64,000 nucleotides of DNA from Treponemataceae bacterium. Its GTDB lineage: Bacteria; Spirochaetota; Spirochaetia; Treponematales; Rectinemataceae. The position numbers and the translations under genes were made by a program. Location of the stretch: contig CAXXGJ010000006.1 in assembly GCA_963677895.2 (NCBI GenBank), positions 352,001 through 416,000 on the forward strand, written 5' to 3'. Of the stretch, positions 28,418 to 38,091 are shown piece by piece. The notes under the pieces are model-generated. The model saw nothing but the letters and a program-made list of their open reading frames with translations, searched no databases and was not told the origin of the DNA. The stretch's first letter is position 1, and every line of letters starts with the position of its first letter.

Positions 28418-29455
28418 TCAGATTTGCTCTCCGTAGCCCTCGAGCGCCTCTTTTATGTATCGATCGAAGTCCGATTCAAAGAGACCATCCTGGACAATGC
28501 GGAACTTTTCAAACTCGCTTTCGGCGAAGATTTTAGCAACTTCCTGGCTCACCTTGCCCGGGCTGTCCAGGATTTCGCGCTCATTGAATTGGAGAAAAGC
28601 GTTTAGTTTTTTTGCCCAATCTTTCATCGTCATGGGTATTTTGTGGTTGGCCTGATCCTCGGCGTAGTCCAGGTACATAGTGACGATACGACTGAGGGAA
28701 TCAAGTTCATCTTTCGTCAGATAGTTTTTCGCGATGATGACATCGGGCTTGAGAATTTTTCCTTCAGGCGCATTCTTCCAGCTGGTCAAACCCATGTGGT
28801 CTTTGGAATTGTCTGCCCGATCCACGATGAGTTCAGCCGCCGTTTGACCGTGAATGGCGAAATGCAGCTTGTTCTGAATTGTGGCGAAGAAGGTTCGAGT
28901 GGTTTCGGCATTCTTATTGTAATCCATCGCGGTCGAGTAGATGTCGGTGATCTTCTGATAGAACATGCGTTCGCTGGCTCTGATCTCACGGATTTCGGCC
29001 AGCAAGTCGTCGAAGTATTCCTTGCTCAAGAAGGCGCCATTTTTGAGACGTTCTTTATCCAACACATAACCGCGGAGGGCGAAATTCCTTAGGACGCCAG
29101 TGGCCCATTGGCGGAACTGAACAGCCTGGGCGGAGTTGACGCGGAATCCGACGGCGATGATGGCGTCGAGATTGTAAAATTCCACGTTCCGACTTACTTC
29201 GCGGTCACCTTCTTTTTGAACTATTCGGAATTTCCGAATAGTTGTTTTTACGGATATTTCTTTTTGAAGAAATAGATTGTTGAGATGTTCATTGATAGTC
29301 GGGACTGTAACATCGAAGAGGGTAGCCATCAATTTCTGGGTTAACCAAACAGTACCGTCTTCAACTCGGACTTCGATGCCATTTTCTCCGCCTTGCCGAG
29401 TAAAAATCAGAAACTCGGTAGTGCTGTTTCGAATTTGCAGCTTCTTCTCACTCAT
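28418..29455 (-). CDS. rhuM: RhuM ('virulence RhuM') family DNA-binding protein
   Basis: TVWLTQKLMATLFDV, YNLDAIIAVGFRVNS, QFRQWAT, IREIRASER, QNKLHFAIHGQTAAELI, IAKNYL; GGAGG RBS. Confidence 0.9.
   Translation of the reverse strand: MSEKKLQIRNSTTEFLIFTRQGGENGIEVRVEDGTVWLTQKLMATLFDVTVPTINEHLNNLFLQKEISVKTTIRKFRIVQKEGDREVSRNVEFYNLDAIIAVGFRVNSAQAVQFRQWATGVLRNFALRGYVLDKERLKNGAFLSKEYFDDLLAEIREIRASERMFYQKITDIYSTAMDYNKNAETTRTFFATIQNKLHFAIHGQTAAELIVDRADNSKDHMGLTSWKNAPEGKILKPDVIIAKNYLTKDELDSLSRIVTMYLDYAEDQANHKIPMTMKDWAKKLNAFLQFNEREILDSPGKVSQEVAKIFAESEFEKFRIVQDGLFESDFDRYIKEALEGYGEQI
29219..29243. repeat. Perfect 25-bp palindrome inside the rhuM coding sequence
   Basis: AACTATTCGGAA-T-TTCCGAATAGTT, encoding TIRKFRIV. 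Confidence 0.95.
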
Positions 29456-29567
29456 GCCAACCTCCGACAACTCACCAGTACCTACCTTTTCCATCGGCGG
29501 CTTTCATCATGAGCCAAAAGTATGCGATTGTTCTTCCGTCATGTTCCAGCCTCTATCCTGCGAGAAA

Positions 29568-30797
29568 TCATATTCTCTCCATAGAATGAACGTCCGCCGG
29601 TATCTTGCTTACATCAAGCTCGCCCTTGAAGGCGCGCTGGCTCAAGCTTCCGTAGAGATTTTCCAGTTCGGCGAAGCTCTGGGTATATTTTAATTTTATG
29701 GATTCGACTTTTTCAACTATGGCTGCGAATTGGTTTTGGAGTTCAATGGGTGGCTTTCGTATTTTCGTTTCTTTTATTAACCCAAGATTTAGGCCATTCA
29801 TTATTGCACCGCGGTTTTTGCTGGCAAATTGCTTTTGGATAAATGGGCTTGAATGTATTGAATAGGCTAAAAAGACTGGATTGGCATTATTTCTGTCTAA
29901 AGTAATCGCCGCAAGATGCTTTGTGTTAATTGCTAAAGGTATATCTTCTGGTATTACTGCGGCTCTGCCGATAGTCCCCATGATGGTAATTATCACATCT
30001 CCAGGAAAGACCTTATAAGAACTTAGTTCTTGATATTTCTCTAAGGTAATGAAGCGTCGTTGATCCCACGCAAATTTGTTTTGTACGGCATTATCGATTC
30101 CCAATACCGCAACATCACCGGAAGTAGTAAACTCGTCGTGGAGCAGATTTGATCCGAAAGGTCCTGTTCTCATTGCTCCTTTATGATGAGCGGCCAATTC
30201 TTTGATCTCCGTAAGAGGCCAAGCTGCAAAGTCTCTATTCGCTGGATAAAACATTTCCAGAAACGTACTCTTCAACAGCTCATCCAGCGTCTTGATGCTC
30301 TCTTTGCGTTTGGCAATCAGGTTTTCCGCGCGGGTAAGGATAGTGGCGATGCGGATTTGGTCATCGAGGTGAGGCAAGGGAATCTTCAAGTCGGCAAGAG
30401 ATTTAGAATTAAGGGTAATACCCATTACAGCCTGATTACCACCCACAAATTTGATGTTTTTTAATGCATGATATAGAAAATATGGATTTAGGCTTGATAC
30501 GTTTTTAATTACCAATCCCGCTATTGCTTCATTCGTGTATAGATCAGTCCCTGCAAACGAAAGTTTACCAATACTTAGTTTGAAACTTAATAATAATGTC
30601 CCTTTAGGAATTATCCTACATCGTAGAGTTTTTATTGCTTTATCGGTAATCTCTTCTTTCGTTGAGGTAATAATCTTGCTTTTCATATCAGAAATTGAAA
30701 CCCATTTATGACCTTTACCCCAATAATCGCCTACGCTTCTTGAAGGGGTTCGTCCTATTAGAATTTCACATACTTCTGATAATTGTCTTTTTTTCAT
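29568..30797 (-). CDS. hsdS: Type I RM specificity subunit
   Basis: Two AT-rich TRDs, each followed by a conserved repeat (IPLPHLDDQIRI; KPPIELQNQF); C-terminal LSQRAFKGEL; ATGA overlap with hsdM. Confidence 0.92.
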   Translation of the reverse strand: MKKRQLSEVCEILIGRTPSRSVGDYWGKGHKWVSISDMKSKIITSTKEEITDKAIKTLRCRIIPKGTLLLSFKLSIGKLSFAGTDLYTNEAIAGLVIKNVSSLNPYFLYHALKNIKFVGGNQAVMGITLNSKSLADLKIPLPHLDDQIRIATILTRAENLIAKRKESIKTLDELLKSTFLEMFYPANRDFAAWPLTEIKELAAHHKGAMRTGPFGSNLLHDEFTTSGDVAVLGIDNAVQNKFAWDQRRFITLEKYQELSSYKVFPGDVIITIMGTIGRAAVIPEDIPLAINTKHLAAITLDRNNANPVFLAYSIHSSPFIQKQFASKNRGAIMNGLNLGLIKETKIRKPPIELQNQFAAIVEKVESIKLKYTQSFAELENLYGSLSQRAFKGELDVSKIPADVHSMERI

Positions 30798-32359
30798 ATC
30801 AGCAATTCCTGCAGCTCGCTCAACTCCTTCTCAATCTCGCTCTCCATCACTTTAAGTTTTTCCAGAATCACGGCCGGTGTTTCATAGGCCACTTCCTCGA
30901 AGACATCCTCTTTGTACTTGCTGATCGAGAGGTCGTAATTTTCGGCGACGATTTCGGCCTTGGGCACGAAGAAGAATTTGGCTTTGCGGTCGCTTTCGAT
31001 TTTAGGGTCGCGATATTTGAACTGGCTGACGATGTCCTGTAAATCCCCGTTGCCTTCGAGCTTGGTTCGTTTGTCGTCCAGGCTGTAGCCGTCGCTTTGC
31101 ATGTCGTAGAACCATACATTTTCGGTTTCGCCGCCCTTGGTGAAGACGAGGATGGCCGTGCTGACGCCGGCGTAGGGCTTGAAAATCCCGCTGGGCATGG
31201 AGATGACCGCCTTGAGTTCGCACTTGTCCACCAGGCTTTTGCGCGCCTGCACGAAGGCCTTGCCACTTCCGAAAAGCACGCCCTGAGGGACGATCATGCC
31301 CGCCGTACCGCCTATCTTCAGAAGATGATAGATCTGCTCCACGAAAAGAAGCTCGGTCTTGGTGGTGCCGAGCGTCAGCGTCTCGTTGATGTCGCCCTTG
31401 TCGATGCTCCCCGTGAAGGGCGGATTGGCCATGACGATCTGGTATTGATTGCTCTCGGTAAAACTTTTGCTCAAGGTGTCTTTGTAGTCGATGTGGGGAT
31501 TGTCCACCCCGTGCATCATGAGGTTCATCAAACCCAGACGCACCATGGTCACATCGATATCGTAGCCGTAGAGACTGTCGTTCAGGATGGTACTGACCTT
31601 CCTGTTCAGCAGGCTGCTCACCGAATTGCGGATGAAACCGTCTTCATCGGGTGTAATCCTGTCTTTTTTCTTATCGAGCTGCGTCACCATGTACTGATAC
31701 GCGCCCAAGAGGAAGCCGCCGGTTCCGCAGGCTGGGTCGGCTATACGGTTTCCCAGTTGTGGCTCCACTAGTTCGACGATGAGCTTGATGATATGGCGAG
31801 GCGTCCTGAACTGCCCGTTCTTGCCGGCCGTGGCGATTTCCGACAGAAGCATTTCATACACATCGCCCTGGATATCTTGGAAAGTCTGCCCGCCTTTCTG
31901 GGCGTCCTTGTCTATCTCATCAAAGATTTCGTCTATTGTGGATATGGCCTCGTAGAGGAGACTCGGCTTCGGGATGATGAAAACGGCGTTCTTCATATAA
32001 TGAGTGAAGGGAGACTCGTCGCCGTTCAGGGTTTTTAGGAAGGGGAATACCTTCGTCTGCACATGATTGAGCATTTCCTCGGCCGGCATCCTCTTGAAGT
32101 AACTCCAGCGCAGAGTTTTCCTATCCACCTTTTGATCCGTTCCCGGTATGGTGAATTTGCCCGAGAATTTGGAAATGTACTTCTCTTCGGTAAACTTGGC
32201 GTCAGCCATTCGTTTCAGATCCAAGTCATCCAGGCGCTTCATGAAAAGGAGATAGGTAATCTGTTCGATCGCCGTGAGGGGGTTGGCTATGCCCCCTGCC
32301 CAAAATTTGTCCCAGAGCTGGCTGATCTTGCCCTTGATCGCCGAATTGTTCTGCAGCAT
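30794..32359 (-). CDS. hsdM: Type I RM N6-adenine methyltransferase
   Basis: GQFRTPRHII, DPACGTGGFL, MANPPF. Confidence 0.95.
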   Translation of the reverse strand: MLQNNSAIKGKISQLWDKFWAGGIANPLTAIEQITYLLFMKRLDDLDLKRMADAKFTEEKYISKFSGKFTIPGTDQKVDRKTLRWSYFKRMPAEEMLNHVQTKVFPFLKTLNGDESPFTHYMKNAVFIIPKPSLLYEAISTIDEIFDEIDKDAQKGGQTFQDIQGDVYEMLLSEIATAGKNGQFRTPRHIIKLIVELVEPQLGNRIADPACGTGGFLLGAYQYMVTQLDKKKDRITPDEDGFIRNSVSSLLNRKVSTILNDSLYGYDIDVTMVRLGLMNLMMHGVDNPHIDYKDTLSKSFTESNQYQIVMANPPFTGSIDKGDINETLTLGTTKTELLFVEQIYHLLKIGGTAGMIVPQGVLFGSGKAFVQARKSLVDKCELKAVISMPSGIFKPYAGVSTAILVFTKGGETENVWFYDMQSDGYSLDDKRTKLEGNGDLQDIVSQFKYRDPKIESDRKAKFFFVPKAEIVAENYDLSISKYKEDVFEEVAYETPAVILEKLKVMESEIEKELSELQELLI

Positions 32360-32360
32360 T

Positions 32361-35156
32361 TTATGCGGCCACCTTTTTTGTCAGTTCGATAATTTCCCTG
32401 ATTTCGGACTCCGTGAAAAGCCCCCGGATGCCCTGGGGATGGATCAGGGTAAAAGGTGATTCTATCAGGTCTTGTTTCCGCACCTGCTCTTTTTCAAGAA
32501 TAAAGTCCTTCAACAGCACCAAAAAATCTAATTGACGTGACGACAAATATGAATGTTCATGGATGAACTGGTCAAAAGCCTTCTCGACCGTTTCCGGGAA
32601 GCTTTCCAGAATCTCGAGGCCGAGGATGTGCCTGATGAACTGTAGAAACCTGGCTTTGCGGTTGTGATAGACATTCTTGAGCAGGTCTTCGGTGATATGG
32701 GGATGCTCATCGTGCAAAAGCGTGGCCAGTTCCTCGGCTTCCGCCGCGCTTATTTCCTGGCCGAGTTTAATCTTCTGCAATATAGGATTGCTCAAGGTCA
32801 ATTCCATGATAAGTTTTTCGACCATCTCGCGGTATTTCGAGACGCTCACCGCGGAATACTCAGGCCCGAATTCCACCATTTCCTTGGTTTTCACCAGGTC
32901 GGTGAAGTCGAATTTGGCTGGTCCTAGTAGCTGATTCCCGTCATCCCGGAACTTCATCAACGTTGACAGCTTTTCATCCAATTCATCAAAGGTTCCATCG
33001 TCGGCCAGAGACCAGAAATGAGCCGTCTGGGCAATTTTGATGATCGCCTCCTCCCTGGCCACGGTGTTGACCGAAAGGGGGAGCTCTCCAATCATTTCGA
33101 CAATGTTGTCCTTGAGCGTTTCATACTTTTCCTTTTCATCCGCGAGCTTGGCCAAAGATGTTTCAAGGAGGTCTTTGCGAAAGCGCAAGGCCTTGAAATC
33201 GGTTTGCGACACTGTTCTGAAAAGCGGCTTTATCGTCGTTCGCAAAAACTCGATTTTTTCGTGAGTCAGGCGCGTCCAGAAGTTTTCGTCCACAATTTTC
33301 CCGAGATCGGCGGCCGCTTCCTGGATCAGCACCGAGTTTGCGGGCAGCTCTTCTATCTGCTTTCTAAGCTTTCCTATTTCCTTTTCCGCGATCTGCAAGC
33401 TCTGTATATCGATCGCTTTTTCGATCTTATCCAGCCTGAGACCCACGAAACGAACGGGAAGGGGAATCTGCGCGATGGCACTTTTCCCTTCGGGATTAAG
33501 CTTGAAGTATTCGAAGTTGTCCCAGCAATCCAGAATGAGGAATACATCCTTTTGGGTGCACCAGGGCTTAATCTTTTTAGGCTCTAAAAGACGAGTACCG
33601 CGTCCGATCATCTGCCAGAACTTGGTATATGAATAGACGGGCTTAGCAAATACCAGATTCACGATTTCATGGATATCTATGCCGGTATCCAGCATATCGA
33701 CGCTCAAGGCTATTCGTGGCATGTCATTTTTCTTGAATTGAGCGAGTAGGCCGCTTGGGCCATAGACTCGCGAGTCATCGGACACCAAGACTTTCGCCAG
33801 CTCTCCACGATATTCGGGATAGAGCGCGTCGAATATCTGTTCGATCCTCCAGGCATGGGACATGGAAGAACAGAAGAATATGGTTTTACCGGGAAGCACG
33901 CCGTTCGAATCCTTTATCGATTCTTCCATGAACTCCTTGACGATGAGCGCGTTCGTGCCGCGGTTGATGACGGTTTTCTCTATCTCGGTGCCTTCGAAAT
34001 TGATTTCCTCGACTTCTTTGCCTTCCAGGATCAGTTTTTTCTGATCTTCCAGGGAGATGGTCCTTTTGCTGATTCCTTCATCCTGAAATTTGGTGTGAAT
34101 TTTCATCACCTGGAAATTGCAGAGATAGGGCGGGACGTGGTTGACCGCTTCCTCATAGGTGTAGGCAAAGGTTGGCAGCCCGTCGTCGCAGTTGAAAAGC
34201 CTGAATGTATTGTGATCGATGATATCCGTCGGCGTCGCCGTGAGTCCAAGGCTGATTGCCTTGAAGTAATCCAGCACCTCGCCATAGGTGTTGTAGATGG
34301 AGCGATGGCTTTCATCGATGACGATCAGGTCGAAAAAATGCGGTGAGAGTGTATTCGCTTCATCCCTGATAATATTGAGCATCGTCGGATAGGTGGAAAC
34401 ATAGATACGGCGGTCTTTGGTTATGAGCTTTTCGCCTTCCTTGGGCCAGCGCGGCTCATTGGGCAGATGCTCCTTGAAGGCATTAAGCCCCTGGTCCCGA
34501 AGAGCGATTCTATCCACCAAAAATAAAACCCGTTCAACATATCCCGCCCGCATGAGCGCGTCGACGAGGGCGATGCAGGTTCGGGTTTTCCCTGTTCCGG
34601 TGGCCATGACAAGGAGGAAATTCCGCCTTTTCTTCTCAATTCCTTCCATCACCGAACGGATGGCGTGAATCTGATAATCGCGCCCGGCTATTTCGGTATT
34701 GATGAATTCATCGGCCAGGGGTTTTCTTCGTTCCCGAAGATTCCTGAATCGCTCCAAATCGTCCAGCGTCGGGAAACCAACGACTTTTCGGGGCGGATAA
34801 TTCTCCAGGTCCCAATAATAAATCTCGTAGCCGTTGGTATAGAAGCAGAACGGCAATTCTCCGCCATGCTGGTCTTTAATATGGTAACAATACTGCTTCG
34901 CCTGCTCGCGCCCGACCTCAGCGTCTTTGGATGTCTTTTTCGCCTCGACGACAGCCAAAGGGCGCGCATCCCTTCCGATGAGAACATAATCGCTGAACTG
35001 ATGGCCTTCGTAGGGAGTGCGCGGCTCAGCGACGGCTTCCGGCAATGGAACGGATATATCGAATTCTTTCGATACCTGGCTCAGGTTGTCCACATCCCAG
35101 CCCGCGGCTTTCAGCTTCTTGTCGATAAGTTCTTTTCTGGTATCGGCTTCGTTCAT
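32361..35156 (-). CDS. hsdR: Type I RM restriction subunit (EcoEI/EcoAI-like architecture)
   Basis: NEADTR, DYVL...VEAKK nuclease, MATGTGKT, IDESHRS, LTATP, QMIGRGTR. Confidence 0.95.
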   Translation of the reverse strand: MNEADTRKELIDKKLKAAGWDVDNLSQVSKEFDISVPLPEAVAEPRTPYEGHQFSDYVLIGRDARPLAVVEAKKTSKDAEVGREQAKQYCYHIKDQHGGELPFCFYTNGYEIYYWDLENYPPRKVVGFPTLDDLERFRNLRERRKPLADEFINTEIAGRDYQIHAIRSVMEGIEKKRRNFLLVMATGTGKTRTCIALVDALMRAGYVERVLFLVDRIALRDQGLNAFKEHLPNEPRWPKEGEKLITKDRRIYVSTYPTMLNIIRDEANTLSPHFFDLIVIDESHRSIYNTYGEVLDYFKAISLGLTATPTDIIDHNTFRLFNCDDGLPTFAYTYEEAVNHVPPYLCNFQVMKIHTKFQDEGISKRTISLEDQKKLILEGKEVEEINFEGTEIEKTVINRGTNALIVKEFMEESIKDSNGVLPGKTIFFCSSMSHAWRIEQIFDALYPEYRGELAKVLVSDDSRVYGPSGLLAQFKKNDMPRIALSVDMLDTGIDIHEIVNLVFAKPVYSYTKFWQMIGRGTRLLEPKKIKPWCTQKDVFLILDCWDNFEYFKLNPEGKSAIAQIPLPVRFVGLRLDKIEKAIDIQSLQIAEKEIGKLRKQIEELPANSVLIQEAAADLGKIVDENFWTRLTHEKIEFLRTTIKPLFRTVSQTDFKALRFRKDLLETSLAKLADEKEKYETLKDNIVEMIGELPLSVNTVAREEAIIKIAQTAHFWSLADDGTFDELDEKLSTLMKFRDDGNQLLGPAKFDFTDLVKTKEMVEFGPEYSAVSVSKYREMVEKLIMELTLSNPILQKIKLGQEISAAEAEELATLLHDEHPHITEDLLKNVYHNRKARFLQFIRHILGLEILESFPETVEKAFDQFIHEHSYLSSRQLDFLVLLKDFILEKEQVRKQDLIESPFTLIHPQGIRGLFTESEIREIIELTKKVAA

Positions 35157-35352
35157 GGTGTTATCAATTCCGTGAGATCCTTGTTTTTATTTTTCCAGTC
35201 ATCAGTCAAGCACGGAGCGCCTGGGCAGTCAAGGAATTTCCCGAAGGGATCTTTTTTCTTGACAGGAGTCCGAAGCGCGGCAAATATGACACTGGCAAAA
35301 AACTCCATATAAAAAAGGGCTTGAGCCCTTTCGTTGGACTACAGGTCACAGG

Positions 35353-36642
35353 ATGCGCGGAATGGGAATCATGGACGGGAAAAAACCGAGTCTGCGGGAA
35401 AAATTGAGGGCGAGAAAGATCGGAAGACCGCCGCTGGTCCCTTATTTGGCGCTGGGGTACATCTGGAAGCTGCTGTTCGAGAAGAAACTCAACGTCCGCT
35501 ACGATTATAAAATCGACCTCAAGGACTACCGAAAGGGTCCCTATATCGTCGTGAGCAATCACGCGTCCCGCCTCGACTATATCTATACCGGATGCGCTTT
35601 CCTGCCATATAGGCTGAACTATGTCGCGGGCTACAACGAATTCTTCAGGTCGCATCTGGCCTTCATTTTCAGGATGCTGCAGATAATTCCCAAGAAGAAT
35701 TTCACGCCCGACCTCTACACGATCAAGGAAATGCACAGGATCATCGACGGGGGAGGCAAGGTCATCATTTTCCCCGAAGGGATGAGCTCTATTGGCGGCG
35801 GCAACCAGCCCTGCGCCATCGGTTCGGGCAAAATGCTGAAGCATTTCGGCGTGCCTGTCCTCGTGACAAGAATATCGGGCGGCTATCTCACGAATACCAA
35901 GTATTGCCTGGATGAACGTCACGGCAAGGTCGAGGTCGTCATCGATAAGCTTTTCGAGCCCGAGGAGCTCGAAAAAATGACCGAAGAGGAAATCGAGGAT
36001 AGGCTGCATAAAGCCATACGAAATGACGATTACGCCTGGAACAAGGCGGCGCGCGTGAAGTTCGACGGCAAGGGCCGGATGGCTCACAACATGCATCATC
36101 TCCTGTACTGGTGCCCGAAATGCGGCGCCGAGTTCGCGATGAGCGGCTCCGGCGACGTCATAAAGTGCCGCGCCTGCGGCAACGGCGCCACGGTGAACGA
36201 TTATTACGATCTGATTCCGCTGGACGATACCTGCGTGATTCCCGAAACCCCGAAAGTCTGGTTCGACCTGGAGCGGAAGAAGGAATACGGAGAACTGCTG
36301 AAGGACGGCTACGAACTTCGGGAAAACGTAAAGCTGGGTGTTCTGCCCGGCTTTGAGTTCTTGAAGGACCAGAAGACCTCGGAAATCGTCGGCGCGGGCC
36401 AGCTGAGGCTCGACAGGCAGGGGTTGCACTACGACGGCACGAGGGATGGCGGGCATTTCGAGATACATATGCCGCCCGCCCTGCTGCCGACTTACGGCAT
36501 GTGCACCGACGTGACTTTCTTCTCGACGTATTACAGGGACGAGTACTTCGAATTCATACCCGAGCGCGAATCCACCGCCAAGTGGCTGTTGGCCACCGAG
36601 GAGAACCATCGTCTCTCGGGCGGCAAGTGGCGGGCGTTGTAG
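35353..36642 (+). CDS. PlsC-family acyltransferase with a C-terminal Cys4 zinc ribbon
   Basis: SNHASRLD (HX4D), IFPEG, CPKC...CRAC. Confidence 0.82.
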   Translation: MRGMGIMDGKKPSLREKLRARKIGRPPLVPYLALGYIWKLLFEKKLNVRYDYKIDLKDYRKGPYIVVSNHASRLDYIYTGCAFLPYRLNYVAGYNEFFRSHLAFIFRMLQIIPKKNFTPDLYTIKEMHRIIDGGGKVIIFPEGMSSIGGGNQPCAIGSGKMLKHFGVPVLVTRISGGYLTNTKYCLDERHGKVEVVIDKLFEPEELEKMTEEEIEDRLHKAIRNDDYAWNKAARVKFDGKGRMAHNMHHLLYWCPKCGAEFAMSGSGDVIKCRACGNGATVNDYYDLIPLDDTCVIPETPKVWFDLERKKEYGELLKDGYELRENVKLGVLPGFEFLKDQKTSEIVGAGQLRLDRQGLHYDGTRDGGHFEIHMPPALLPTYGMCTDVTFFSTYYRDEYFEFIPERESTAKWLLATEENHRLSGGKWRAL

Positions 36643-36675
36643 GGGGTTTTGTCCGCGGGAAAAGTTTTCGTTCAG

Positions 36676-38091
36676 CTATTTTTGCCGTTTTTCCATCGAT
36701 AGTTCTTCTATGCAGTGAACGAATTCGCGCTTGAGATCCTCGTCCAGGGATTCGATCGCCGCCTTTCGGTTGCGGCCGAAGGTCGAGAGGCGCTCGGTGG
36801 CGGGAATCGGTTCACCGACGATGACGGTCGCGCGCTTTCCCTTAATGCCGACGCGATCACTTATGTTGCCGCCTTTAAGGCGCGATATGAGATCGTAATA
36901 GTTCTGGGCGGTTTCGATATACCTTTCGAGAGGATCGTCTTCTCGCAGGCGCTCGAAGTCCAGGTAATACGCGAGGTCGACCAGTTCCATGTGGCGCGAA
37001 ACATACCAGGCTTCTCCGGCGACGCGGTCGGCCAGGGCTTTTTGGAGGCCGGGAAGGGTTTTGGGATCGGGAAGGTCTTCGCGGAAGATCCTGTCCCAGC
37101 CGGTCTGCCGGATCTTGTAGACGCGTCTGATCATGTCGCCGTCGGGTGTGAGGTGGAAGGCTTTTTCGGCTGTCGAGAGGGCGGCGCCGCAGAGGTCGTC
37201 GAGCCGCTCCTTTCTGGAGGGATTCCCCGGGCGGGGAAGGGTCGCTGCGTAAAAACGGGTGTAATGGCGTTCGGCGGCCTCGAGGATGGCGTCGGCGGCC
37301 GCCGAAAGGCGGCTGAAGCGCGAACCAAGCCGCGATGTCCCGGCGACTGGGGCGTCGGCCGTCCCGCTGGCAGTCCCGGTGGCCGGCGCGGCGATGCCGC
37401 ATTCCTGCTCAATCGTCTCGATGAGGCGGTCGAGCCGTTTTTCGGCTTCCTTGTCCCATCGATGATGGATGGAAATGGGTAGAATCACCACCTTTTCGCC
37501 GCGCTTTTCCCTCGCGAGGTCGGCCGCGCACCACGCGCAGATGTGGGAAGTGCCCGACTCGAGGCGGGGGAGTCCATCGCTCGTGTAGGAAACCTGGCCT
37601 TCTGGCGCCAGGGCGAGCGGGTAATCGCCGTCCTTCATCAGCGAGCGTATCAGCTCGACGCTGCCGGCGTCGAACTTGGTATGGTAGACGGGAACCGCTC
37701 CCGAGCGGGGGAGTATCCATCGCTCGAAGGCGCCGGCCCAGAGGGGCACTTCGTAGCCATGGATGAAATGGGCATGCGGCTTTCGCGCGAGATGGACTCC
37801 CTGTTTTCTGGCTTCTTCGCCGACAAGCCTGCCGATGACGTAGGCCATGAGCTGGGCCTCGTCGCCGTAAGGGTGTCGGAAGGCGATGATGAGGCGGGTT
37901 TTCATGTCGAAGAAATCCCTGTAGGCGTCCACGATCCGTTCCGCGTGCCTCAGCTCGACGGAGCGGAAGCCGAGAGCGGCGCGGAGGTAGAGGGGCGAGA
38001 TGAACTTGAAAAATGAGACGATGGCCGGCCTGACTCCTGACGGGGCGAGGTTCCGCCTGGACCGGGCGGCGGCGATCGGTTTCGGGATCAC
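36676..38091 (-). CDS. Glycerol-phosphate acyltransferase-family protein
   Basis: FRHPYGDE and LAPEG motifs. The start was placed at the GTG overlapping the asnA stop (GTGA). Confidence 0.72.
   Translation of the reverse strand: MIPKPIAAARSRRNLAPSGVRPAIVSFFKFISPLYLRAALGFRSVELRHAERIVDAYRDFFDMKTRLIIAFRHPYGDEAQLMAYVIGRLVGEEARKQGVHLARKPHAHFIHGYEVPLWAGAFERWILPRSGAVPVYHTKFDAGSVELIRSLMKDGDYPLALAPEGQVSYTSDGLPRLESGTSHICAWCAADLAREKRGEKVVILPISIHHRWDKEAEKRLDRLIETIEQECGIAAPATGTASGTADAPVAGTSRLGSRFSRLSAAADAILEAAERHYTRFYAATLPRPGNPSRKERLDDLCGAALSTAEKAFHLTPDGDMIRRVYKIRQTGWDRIFREDLPDPKTLPGLQKALADRVAGEAWYVSRHMELVDLAYYLDFERLREDDPLERYIETAQNYYDLISRLKGGNISDRVGIKGKRATVIVGEPIPATERLSTFGRNRKAAIESLDEDLKREFVHCIEELSMEKRQK

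Noticed and set aside
28198..35206. TCATCAGT on both sides of the RM islet as a possible att site or target-site duplication
   Set aside because: An 8-bp match between two intergenic regions of about 200 bp is expected by chance, and no recombinase is present.
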